Of a stretch of DNA of 64,000 bases, positions 53,091 to 64,000 are shown in pieces (positions within the stretch are counted from its first letter, which is position 1; the number at the start of each line of letters is the position of its first letter). The DNA lies in contig OZ024743.1 of NCBI GenBank assembly GCA_964016885.1, forward strand, positions 290,284,001 to 290,348,000, given 5' to 3'. The notes beneath the pieces are model-generated. The model was not told where the DNA came from. It saw only the letters and a program-made list of their open reading frames with translations, and searched no databases. Source of the stretch: Eledone cirrhosa. Its lineage: Eukaryota. The position numbers and the translations under genes were made by a program.

Positions 53091-54050
53091 CAAATATAGT
53101 GTATATACTGATATTGTTGAGATTTGGATGAGAAATGTTTTCGGCACCACATGTTCACCGTCTCTCGGTGTGTCTTTTATGCATGTATAAATATATATGT
53201 TATCTATACGGTGAAATCTTTGAAATAAATATATGTTAAAACGAAAAAGGAGAAAAAGAGATTAGTGACGGAAATATAAACGTTATGATACATAAACGTT
53301 ATGATATAACGATGGAAATATATAAACGTTTACGATAAAACGATGGAAATAGAAACGTTTATATATAATGATAAGCCGAAACACTCGTAAGCCGAAACAC
53401 TCGTAGGTTGAAACACTCGTAAATCGAAACGTATAAATAAAGATTAATGTAATGAATTTGAAAAGCATAGACATTTTAAAGCGCGTCTATTTGTTTCCTT
53501 GGCATTTTTTACAGACGGACAGACAGACAAACAAACAGAGAAATGCCCATTATATATGATAAGTAGACTTGGCATGGTGTCAAGTCAGAACCGACTCGAA
53601 CTGGTTACTTGTGGCTTGTGCAAGGTGTCTCTATAGCAACCAGCGATTCCCTCGGCCTCAGTGACCAAAGTCAGTGGAGAGGGGAAGGTAATGTTTCTAT
53701 AGCGACAGTGTTTCTCTTGGTAGTACCAAAGTGGACAAAGGAAGGGGAAGGTAATATTTCTGTAGCACCTACATTTGAGTTTTAGGGAAGGACAGACAGA
53801 CAGACACACAGAAAAATGCCCATATATTTCTGTGTGTGTATATATATATATATATATAAATTAATATGTATGTGATGAAACACAGATACCAACACATCTG
53901 TATATATATTGCAAAAGACAAATTTAGCCAGATTGAAGTATACTAATTATTATACTACAGTTTGTCCATATCGATTTAAAATAATAAATCAACGGAGACG
54001 AACTGTATTATATACGAGCTGATTCCATTGTAAAAGAATTCATTACCTTA

Positions 54051-54084
<34 letters not shown>

Positions 54085-54091
<7 letters not shown>

Positions 54092-54178
54092 CACACACAG
54101 AAATGTATATATATTTCTGTGTGTGTATATATATTTATATATATATATATATTACACACACAGAAATGTATATATATT

Positions 54179-54215
<37 letters not shown>

Positions 54216-54332
54216 CACACACAGAAATGTATATATATTTCTGTGTATATATATAACACACACAGAAATGTATATATATTTCTGTGTGTATATATATATA
54301 TTACACACACAGAAATGTAGATATATTTCTTA
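54085..54332. repeat. Tandem array of palindromic units ACACACAGAAATGTATATATATTTCTGTGTGT separated by (TA)n
   Basis: About five copies seen; precursor-like unit at 53806-53840. Confidence 0.9.
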
Positions 54333-54449
54333 GAACAAAATTATTATTAATGTTTTGCTGTTCATAACAATTGGAATTCAAAAATTACTTTTGAAATTAT
54401 TAGTTATTTTACTAATGCTTAGATATGTAAAAATGAAGCAATGTTTCTA

Positions 54450-54641
54450 ATAATTGTTTCTACTTTTGGCACAAGGCCAGCAATTACCCAGTACATTACT
54501 GGTACTTTATTTTATCGACCCCGTGAGGATGAAAGGCAAAGTTAACCCCGGCGGTATTTGAACTCAGACCGTAAAGGGACGTAACTCCATGCTATGAAGC
54601 ATGGTGTCCGACTCTCTACAGATTCTGCCAATCCACTGCCC
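54450..54641 (-). mobile_element. tRNA-derived SINE (octopod-type family)
   Basis: A box TGGCAGAATC, B box GAGTTCAAAT, core TTTGCCTTTCATCC..GGGGTCGATAAAATAA. Confidence 0.9.
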
Positions 54642-55410
54642 TAATGTCTGTACGTAATGAGGGAGTGAGAGGGGAGAGAAAGAAAGGTAGAGCTGAAGTG
54701 ACGAAGTAACTCTCTCCTCCTCCTCCTCCTCCTCCTCCTCCCCATTCGTCACAGCGATAGAGGGGAGGAATGTTAGTGTTACAAAGAGAAAGAGTGAGAG
54801 TGAGAGAAACAGACAGACTAAAAGAGAGGGATAGCTGGAGAGAGAGCTATAGCAACCACGCGCGCACGTGTTTCCACTGTCGGACAGACAGACAGAGAAA
54901 TTGCTGGTTATATATTATAAGGAGATTACATATGTTTCACTGTCCATCAGCTCGAGAAACGATCTATTAATGATGGAAACAGACTCTGGAATTGGCAGCC
55001 CCTCAGATATGTTTTAACATGTAGACTCTCGTCTGCGAGTGGTTGAACATTATCCAGATTCGTTCTTATATGCTACCAGAAATTCTGTCATAGTGGTATT
55101 TTTCCTTATTCACTTCTTGGTTTGTTTTCGTTCAGATAACAGCTTGATGCTTCTTATAATTTTGGGGCTATTATCACCATATCTGGTCACGTTGTCGTAC
55201 GTATCCATGCGTGTATCCGTCTGCTTGATGTCCGATGACACAATGTGAAAAGTAACCATTAAGGTGATAAGTCAATACGAGAATGTAGGTGTGATGAAAT
55301 GTAAAGGGATAACGGAATAGAGATACAAAAAAACAAAACAATCCTGACTACAATACAGAGCCGATAAGTAAATAAAAAAAAGGAAATATATATATATATT
55401 ACGGACATAT

Positions 55411-55592
55411 AATAATTGTTTCTACTTTTTGGCACAAGGCCAGCCAATTACCCTGTGCATTACTTTATTTTATCGACCCCGTAAGCATGAAAGGAAAAGT
55501 TAACATCGGCGGGATTTGAACTCAGAATGACAAGGGCCGTAACTCTATGAGTCAAAGCATGGTATCAGACCCTCTACCGATACTGCCAATTC
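55411..55592 (-). mobile_element. tRNA-derived SINE, same family
   Basis: Collinear with 54450-54641. Confidence 0.88.
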
Positions 55593-56004
55593 ATATAATA
55601 ATGTTAGTGAGATGCATCTTTACGCTTCTCTTGCATCTGATTGGTTAAGAGTTCGTCCTTTGATGTTGTCCGACTGGTGTGTTATTTATGGTGCTATTGA
55701 GATTAGTGATAGATAAACGACTGAATCGGCAAGATTAGGTAAGTTAAATGTGTATACTGGCGTCTTGTTATGCTAATAAGATAGGTATTTTAAACTATTT
55801 ATTGGCGCCTTGATTTCAAACGTTATAAGTCTGGAAATTATACTATTTATATAAACAGTGGGGGTATTGGATCGAATCCCGTCTATTGTGGTTTGTAATT
55901 CATGAATGTCTTGGCATATCTATTTCGACAAAATATAGTGCGCTCTATCTTGTTATGAAATAAGTTGTTGTTACATTGTAAAATATTTACATTGTAAAAT
56001 ATAC

Positions 56005-57392
56005 TCAGAATTCATCAAAGCTGGAGGTGAACCAATTTTCAAAGCACTTCAAAATCTCTTTAAATGTATTATCACTGCAGGACAAAGCGCAGACATGTTC
56101 AAGAAAGCCTTGGTAGTTGTACTCTAGAAAAAAGGTAGCAGACTTGATTGAGGTAACTATCGTTCTATCAGCCTATTGTGTCACATTTACAAGCGTTTCA
56201 TGAGTGTCATTGCAGCACGAACGAAGTCAGACCTTTACGCCTCATTTCCTGAAAGGCAAGCTGCGTATCAACCTCGAAGAGGCATTATTAAGCAGATACT
56301 AGTTATTGAACAAATCATTGAGAACTATATATAATTCAACAACCCTGTGCACATCACGTTCATTAACTTCGTTAAACTCCCCAGCTTCTGGCAACTCTTA
56401 AACAATACCTCAATTAACCAAAAATACATTAACCTACTGATTGAAACCAACTCAAACAGCATATGTCAAAACAGATTTGGGAACTACACGCTGTACAGAC
56501 ATCTTGAAAGGAGATAAGTAGGAGGATGAACTATCAGCACTTCTTTTCTGTATACTTATAGCTGCACTAATCTAGCAAACTGAAGAAGAATACTCCTCTG
56601 GATATCAAATCTTAACTATGCAGGTGATCTGGCCACCATGAGTTACTCTAGAACTGATCTGCAACACTTTCTGAATGCACTGGCAAAACATTCGGTGGAG
56701 GCTGGCTTACACATCAACATCTCCAAAATAAAGTGTATGACAACTGACAAAAACAATGCCAATCTCCAACTCACAATCTACAACCAGCAAATAGCTCAAG
56801 TTACGGAGTTGTATATTTCGGTCACAAACTATGATCAAACAATAAAGGAATGTTTGCTGCACAATATCGCATTGCTCTAGGTTGGGCAGCTTTCAACTAG
56901 AACAAGGAAGTACTAAATTAAAAACGAGATTCTTATCATTTGAAGGCTAAGTTCCTCGATACTTACATCCTACCAGATGTGTTATATGGTCGTGTTAATT
57001 GGACGATAATGTCACTTCAGAAGCTCTCTACATTCCAGAACCACATCATGAGACTTATGACTGGCAAGGGGCTCAGCAACTGTATCTGTATCAGTGAGCT
57101 GCTCAACTTTACCAAACTTAGAATAATTACATCAATTGTCAAGTCAAGAGTACTCAAACTATACGGTCATATAAAAAGATCAACTCGTGGTGTGAGTAGG
57201 TTATGCCTGGAAGGTAGTTTGGCTGGTAAGAGAAGCAAAGACCGGCAACCAAAATGATGGCTTGATAATGTCAACTTATGGACTGGACTTGATATTTGCT
57301 CTTTAAACTCTGCTGCAGGTGATCGAAATTTGTGGAGAAAAACATCTCATGTTGATGCGCAGTCTGCATCTGGAAGAGTTTAGCGTCACAAA
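56005..57392 (+). mobile_element. RTE-clade LINE (RT to 3' end, degraded)
   Basis: EFIKAGG, NYRSISLL.HIYK, ORFs 56638-56880 and 56940-57257; paralogous to 32925-33720. Confidence 0.88.
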
Positions 57393-57396
57393 GAAG

Positions 57397-57792
57397 AATC
57401 GTCGGCATGTTTATTAAAAAGTTCTAGCGTAGATGATACATGGGATATCCTAAGGCATATATTACGTGCTTCTGGTTTCATTATGGAAGGTGTATGGTTA
57501 GCTTGTTAGTTGGTGTAAGCTAGGTTTTCGTTGTTTCCATTGAAAAGTTCTAATAATCCAAGAGCTTAAGTTAAGTGTTACGTCTAAGAAATTAGCATTT
57601 TTGAAATTATGTTCGAATGTAATATCGAGGCCTAGTCTACTACCTTTCCAGATATTGGTTACTTATCTTTCTGTCTAGTAGAGGCGCATCGGCTCTATAC
57701 ATTTCTCCTTGGAGGTTATCCAATATTATGGATATTATGTCGTATAAAAAAATATATATTCCGATTATCGATGAGGTACGCCGAGTCGCTAG
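57397..57792 (-). mobile_element. Naiad-type PLE RT/thumb fragment
   Basis: LGLDITFEHN.KNANFLDVTLNL...NHTPSI...RIS..SS..ELFN. Confidence 0.7.
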
Positions 57793-58134
57793 ATCAGTAT
57801 ATATATAAATATATATATATATATTAGAATTGGTGCTCTGAAATAGCGATGTATATATGAATGTATATAGTGTATTTGGTAATACACTGTATGCTTGATT
57901 AAAAGCATTTTGAATACCTTACGCTATTGTTTTAAAGTAGTGACTATGTCACTTACTTCTTTTTTCAACAAACAAAGGGAGGTAAGCTGGCAGATATCTG
58001 TTTCATACTGTTGGTATTCCTCAGAGCTTAGCACTCCCCTTGTCTGTTAAAAAATTATGAATGTTGGATTCTTATAGAATTCCAGTAAGGAACTAATTAT
58101 ACAGAGCGGTTGCTGGTTCAGCAATAAATTGAAA

Positions 58135-58738
58135 ATTAGAATTGGTGCTCTGAAATAGCGATGCAAAGCCACGGGTGAAATGTTTAAGGGAGATAACTGC
58201 GAAAGTCCGGAAAAGATGTTCGAGTTGATTAAAAAATTAGAATGTTGTTGTTATTCAATCCGGAGATTTGTAGTTATACAAGAAGTGTTTCCAGACATGT
58301 GGACAGCGTGGGAAAATTTCAATCTTGAATCTAGAATAGTTATCCTTTCTTCAATCACAGTCCACAAGGCGGATTGCCCCTTCCATATGGCTTGGACTTA
58401 GTGATGGCATTGGATGAAGTAGTCTATACCTGATTCCTTGAGGGACCATGGTGGCTCGCGAGTTTCGTGGATGATCGGTTGTCCGGATACCTAAAGGTCG
58501 ACTGATGGTTCAGGAAGCGTTCCTTAAATCGGCCCTCCGCCTTACCCACATTGTATTTGACCTCATGCGGTTGATTTGGTCGGTTGGAAGTGACCACAGC
58601 TTCATCAGCTACAGCGGGTATGTTGCATTGCTGTTGAAGGGGACAAGCCTCCGGCTTTCGGCAAGAGAATACTGATGGGGAGCTGCTCTTAGGCCTGTTG
58701 GTGACGTGGGCGAAGAATATGAAGGCCCACATGAAGGC
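58135..58738 (-). mobile_element. Naiad-type PLE GIY-YIG fragment (family X)
   Basis: CRKPEACPLQQQC...GKAEGRFKERFLNHQSTF...STKLASH; then CGL.IEE and RCPH. Confidence 0.8.
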
Positions 58739-61228
58739 GCTCTGTGTAAAGCATCGTTGTAATATTCTGCTTTGTTATCAAATATCTCGTTACATGAATA
58801 TAATTAAATACATAGATAACAATAGTAGACAAAAACCTCCTAAAATTTACTATAATATTAATAATATGCAAATTAACCTAAATAGTAAATCAAACAAAAA
58901 AGCTAGAACTAGAAACATTATTTGGTATCTCCTCCAATCTCCTTAGGAATTAAGACACCTTTAGCAAACCTATTTTTGAAGGGGATAGATAAGTGTTTTC
59001 CTAAATCCCATAGATACCACTCTATTTTTAACAGGCATACAATTTAACTCTCTTACTCTATCACTATGAACATAGCACAACATATTAATAGAATTAATCA
59101 TAGGAACTTAAAATTAAACCCAACCCAAATAAACCCTAATTGCAATAATAATATTACTATAATAATCATGCCGCTTCTCTAGAAAACAACACTTGAAAAT
59201 ATAACTGCAGAAACAAATTATGTTGCCCTCTATAGAATAATTGTCTAGATAAAAACTTATATATTAATTGTTTCTAGAGTTGGCACAAGGCCAGCAATTA
59301 CACAGTGTATTACTGGTAGTTTATTTTATCAACCCCATAAGGATGAAAGGCAAAGTTAACCTCGGTGTGATTTGAACTCAGAATGGAAAGGGCCGTAAAC
59401 TTAGTATATTAATGCACCATAAAAACTAGAGATAAATTATATAACTATATAGGAGCCACTTCTACAAAATTTAAGGAACGCTAGTATAATCATAAACACG
59501 CATTTAATAGATCAGTCAAACAATTCTCAACATCACTTTCACATTTGATTTGGTCCTTTAAAGGCAATAATATTGACTATTCGATCTCTTGGAAAACGAT
59601 TTCGAAAGCGCCCGCATACCAGAATATGGCTCTCTCAAGAATTTGTCATCTCTGTATTGAAGATATTTTTCACATAATTACCAATCCTTACAATGCTATA
59701 AACAAAAGAAACATTATATAATTCTTGTTTGCATCGACCGTCCAAGACTTTTAAAAGTATCTATAATCTATAGAAAATATTATATATAGCCTCCATATCT
59801 TGCCCAATTACATTTTATATTTCTTCGCTGTTTTTTTTTGCGATGTCTTTTTGTGATGTTTTAATGATATTTTTAAAAGTAATTTTGTTGAATTTTTTTC
59901 TAATAGTCTTTATACTTCTTTTAAACGCATACCTACACATACTTAATATCATCAAATATATACATAGGTATAAGTAACGTTATCAAATATATACATAACA
60001 TTTTTATCTTGGAACATATGTAATATATGATGCTCTAAAATCATATATAAAATAAGTTTTCCATATACTACAATTAGAATATAATTTGAAAGTAAATTTG
60101 AGACTAAACGATAAATATAACTATAACTTAACTCCGTAAACTAATAAAAATCAGAGTTACCTTTTCCTTTGAAAAGAAACATGTTTACATCTAATAATTA
60201 CGTAACATTTAAACTTTACATAAATTTTAAAATGTTGTAAATCTATTTCTATCTTGATACAACTATAGAATATACAAAATAAAATACTTCTTCTATACTA
60301 AAATAAAATTACTTCCACATTCATAAGCCATATATTAAAATGTAAACATCTGTTCGTCTAACATATCATAACTCTTCTGATATAAAGCTATATATATCTA
60401 ACCAAAATTGTTTATCTGCTAAATAAATAATATATATACTCACCAAAATTATGTATATATATACAATTAACCACTTATAATATAATAAAATATACTTATA
60501 ACTGAAATCTTCATAATATTAAAACACACCAGCAGAATAGACCCAATCGTATATATAAATATAAGATACCTTTCACATTTTAAATTAATATCCTCTCACT
60601 TTAACACATTTATTTATAATTCACACATTATATTATAAATACTTCCACAATACATAATTAAATAATTAAATAAATAAAAATAAATATAATCATTTCATTC
60701 TCTCTACACCCTTGCAAATACGTTCCGGACAATTTTATACGTACATTACTATAAATATTCTGTTAATAGCTTTAATATATTTTTTTCTTAAAATCTTTCC
60801 ATAAATTTTCTTCCATCCTAGTAATAAGCTATATTTCCTTTTCTTATTAAAAATGAATCCTAATAATTATTTTAATTTACGTAGCGTCTAAAGATAACGG
60901 CCCTTTTCAGTTTTAACATTATCCTCATTAGCATATTCATCTTGAGATTTGAAGTTTTTTTATTATTCAAATAGAACTCACAACATTAAGTTCTTTTCTG
61001 AATATGTCACTATCTATAAACCAACTTTTGTATTTTAGCTGATGAGCGCGTACCAAAATCTTGGTACCCTTCAAATATATATAATAAAAATAAATATAGT
61101 TTTATAAAGATAGCTTCCATTTATTAATATATTTATATTATACTCCAGAAGAATACTATTGAGTTCTTCTAATCTGTTACAACTTAAATTAAATTTGTTG
61201 AATAATCAACAAATTAAATAACTCATTG

Positions 61229-61230
<2 letters not shown>
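58739..61230 (+). mobile_element. Naiad-type PLE 3' part (linker, GIY-YIG, long AT-rich 3' UTR with degenerate HHR at 61039), family Y
   Basis: RTRNIIWY..P, IDKCFPKSH..HSIFNRHT..LSYS, NCR..CPL..NCL, YIGATSTKFKER..NHK.AF, ICHLCIE, SCLH; ends at (TA)n. Confidence 0.88.
59269..59404 (-). mobile_element. 5'-truncated SINE inserted in the Naiad ORF
   Basis: Same core as 54450; flanked by a direct repeat TATATTAAT (59260-59268 and 59405-59413). Confidence 0.88.
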
Positions 61231-61323
<93 letters not shown>

Positions 61324-61326
61324 AAG

Positions 61327-62552
61327 TGTAATGTATTCTTTTACAATGAAATTAGCTCAAAGAAAGAAATATTTCTGAGCCGTGTATAAACTAATATCTA
61401 TGATGAAACACAAACACCAACATATCTGTATTTATATTGCAAAAGAAAATTTAGCCAGAATGAAGTATACTAATTATAATATGGCAGTTTGTCCATATTG
61501 ATTTAAATAATAAATCAACAAAGACGAACTGTATTGCCAAATGGCCATGATGTTTAGACACATTTAAATTTCAAAATCAAACCTGTTCCGTAGATAAGTT
61601 TAAACTTTAAAATCCAAATATCTTTCGAGATGAAAAAGTGAAAGGAATATCATGTCCTGCTCTCTTCAGTAAACATCCAGGGACAAATTGATATGCTTCA
61701 CTTCTAAATAATTTAAAAGACTGTGTAACGCACATGGTTCACAGTTTCTAGCTAGCCTCATAACCGTGCTGCTAGAAATAACAGCCGTATATATGAGGCT
61801 ACGTTCAGCTCAACCTAAGGAGCAATTTTATTATTAACTGTAATGAATTCTTTTACAATGAAAGTAGCTCAAAGAAAGAAATATTTCTGAGCCGTGTATA
61901 AACTAATATCTATGATGAAACACAAACACCAACATATCTGTATTTATATTGCAAAAGAAAATTTAGCCAGAATGAAGTATACTAATTATAATATTACAGT
62001 TTGTCCATATTGATTTAAAATAATAAATCAACAAAGACAAACTGTATTGCCAAATGGCCATGATGTTTAGACACATTTAATTGTAAAAGAATTCATTACA
62101 CTCAATAATAAAATTGCTCCTTAGGTTGAGCTGAACGTAGCCTCATATATACGGCTGTTATTTCTAGCAGTACGGTTATGAGGCTAGCTAGAAACTGTGA
62201 ACCATGTGCGTTACACAGTTTTTAAATTATTTAGAAGTGAAGCATATCAATTTGTCCCTGGATGTTTACTGAAGAGTGCAGGACATGATATTCCTTTCAC
62301 TTTTTCATCTTGAAAGATATTTGGATTTTAAAGTTTAAACTTATCTACGGAACAGGTTTGATTTTGAAATTTAAATGTGTCTAAACAGCATGGCCATTTG
62401 GCAATACAGTTTGTCTTTGTTGATTTATTATTTTAAATCAATATGGACAAACTGTAATATTATAATTAGTATACTTCATTCTGGCTAAATTTTCTTTTGC
62501 AATATAAATACAGATATGTTGGTGTTTGTGTTTCATCATAGATATTCGTTTA
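61327..62552. mobile_element. Retrozyme-like/pLTR repeat: 1.5 tandem copies of an approximately 513 bp unit plus one inverted copy; older fragment at about 53870-54050
   Basis: 61327-61567 repeats at 61839-62079; 62080-62552 is the inverse of about 61388-61858; candidate HHR CUGAAGA-G..CUC-GAAA at 61612-61674(-) and 62264-62327(+); (TA)n flanks. Confidence 0.85.
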
Positions 62553-62695
62553 TATATATATATATATATATTTGGTGTGGGATGCTTAAAAGCGTCCGTA
62601 TGCGGTAGGCTGTTTGAGCACTCGATGCTCTTACAGAGCAGAGTATAATATGACATAAGAAACGGAAAATCGGTGCGACGAATTAGAATTTATTA

Positions 62696-62790
62696 GACAT
62701 ATTACAATTGTTTCTCTGGCGACCAGCTGGAGGTACGATCGATGCGAGGATCGAACCTGACTCTGAAATCGCAAGTTCTTCAGATATGTC
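62696..62790 (-). ncRNA. Type I HHR with intact core, 7 bp helix I and long helix II
   Basis: GACAUAU-CUGAAGA-[GCGAU/GUCGC; AGGU.CGAUC/GAUCG.ACCU]-GAAA-CAAUUG-UA-AUAUGUC, followed by AAUAAA. Confidence 0.88.
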
Positions 62791-62812
62791 TTTATCCCTC
62801 GAAGAAGAATTT

Positions 62813-62892
<80 letters not shown>

Positions 62893-62999
62893 TATTTATA
62901 TATATATATATAATTATATGCATACCCACATACATTTATATCAATGTGGTCGTATAACTGTATATATACTCATGCACTATCTTTTCATACTTACATGCA

Positions 63000-63750
63000 A
63001 GTGTTCCGTTAATATAATCCCGTGTTTCATTGCTGTTTCATCACTTTAAATCTCACGGGTAATCCCTTTCTCTGTGAGCAACTGTTCACATATCTTTCCA
63101 CAATTTACAATGTTATAGGTACTTGATCTGATATAGTGGGTGATACTTTATGTATCACATCTATTTCATTCATTCAACTGCTTTCTCTGTTCCGAATCAG
63201 TTAGCGATTTATTTTATGCCTTGCTTTGATTGCCAGATATATACCAATTTTTCCGTAATTATATATATCACTATCTATATCAACTATTTAATCACTTTGA
63301 TTTAAGAACGCTACAGTTTAACATAATTATCATATATTTAGAAGATATTCTATACTTCCAATACCCCTTCTATTTCATAAATTTTATTTTCCTTAACAAG
63401 ACCTCTTATTTTGATATAGAAGCAGTAACATATTTCATAACTGACCTTCAAGTAATTAGGAATATATCCAACAATTTCTAGTCTCTGAACGAGACAAACA
63501 GGAGGTGGCTCAGGGTTAGGAATACAGTAAATCACTATATCGACTTTGAATTGGCTTCCTTTTTATTTTATGATTTTCTTTTTTGAGACAAGTAGAAATA
63601 TTAACTTCGTGAAATACTAAATAATTTTTATGAAAATATATGGTTTGGGCTAAATTAAGGAGATCCTCTGGCGCTGTTGTTTCGAGATATAAATATATTC
63701 TGAACGCCCGCATCAATTCTCGGCCCATAAAATAATGGAACTATTAAGTA
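63000..63750 (-). pseudogene. Decayed coding remnant, possibly an L1/Tx1-type ORF2 C-terminus
   Basis: Broken minus-strand ORFs with a ...KLVYIWQSK-like motif; family assignment is weak. Confidence 0.25.
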
Positions 63751-64000
63751 TGAATTGCTAGGCATTATTAATAAAACACAAATGTCTTAAATTAATTTAA
63801 GATTATAATGTCAATAAACATAATTTGGAATTAAATTGTTCATCATAATAACACATTTCACCTGTAAGTCGAAATTCAAATACTATTAATTATATTTAAA
63901 ATTTGAAATTAATTTTCCACGTACCATATTATTATTGTTGTTCTGGGTATTGCGTTGCACATTTATATAAAATTTCCATTCATTTCTGAGTTAGCGAATT

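Noticed and set aside
53370-53430. Short 15 bp repeats (aagccgaaacactcgt) as a CRISPR-like array
   Set aside because: Head-to-tail repeats with no spacers, in a eukaryotic context
61340-61400. GGCUC…GAGCUAAU as the 3' part of an HDV-like ribozyme
   Set aside because: No P1/P2/P3 or L3 partner upstream
63000-63240. TAMKHG motif (YqaJ-like) or alternative-genetic-code reading
   Set aside because: Short motif in a frame with many stops; consistent with chance or decay

Overview
AT-rich, microsatellite-dense animal genomic DNA, most likely an octopod cephalopod judging from the tRNA-SINEs I recognise (inference, not a database result). I can support no host protein-coding gene; almost everything recognisable is retroelement-derived. 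(1) 1-13.8 kb is a head-to-tail array of R4/Dong-clade RLE non-LTR retrotransposons joined by (TAA)n-type repeats, with one near-full-length copy and two copies carrying complementary internal deletions. (2) Penelope-like elements (PLEs; RT + GIY-YIG) of at least three lineages sit in (TA)n tracts, usually as head-to-head inverted pairs. (3) Miniature non-coding foldback or 1.5-mer PLE derivatives carry type I hammerhead ribozyme (HHR) motifs. Several have intact cores, some have unusually long helix II, and one family has a fixed CAGAAGA core variant. (4) The rest comprises RTE and CR1 fragments, SINEs, a collapsed LTR element and Helitron-like elements. The most notable signal is the same PLE/HHR inverted architecture at (TA)n recurring at scales from about 130 bp to 6 kb.
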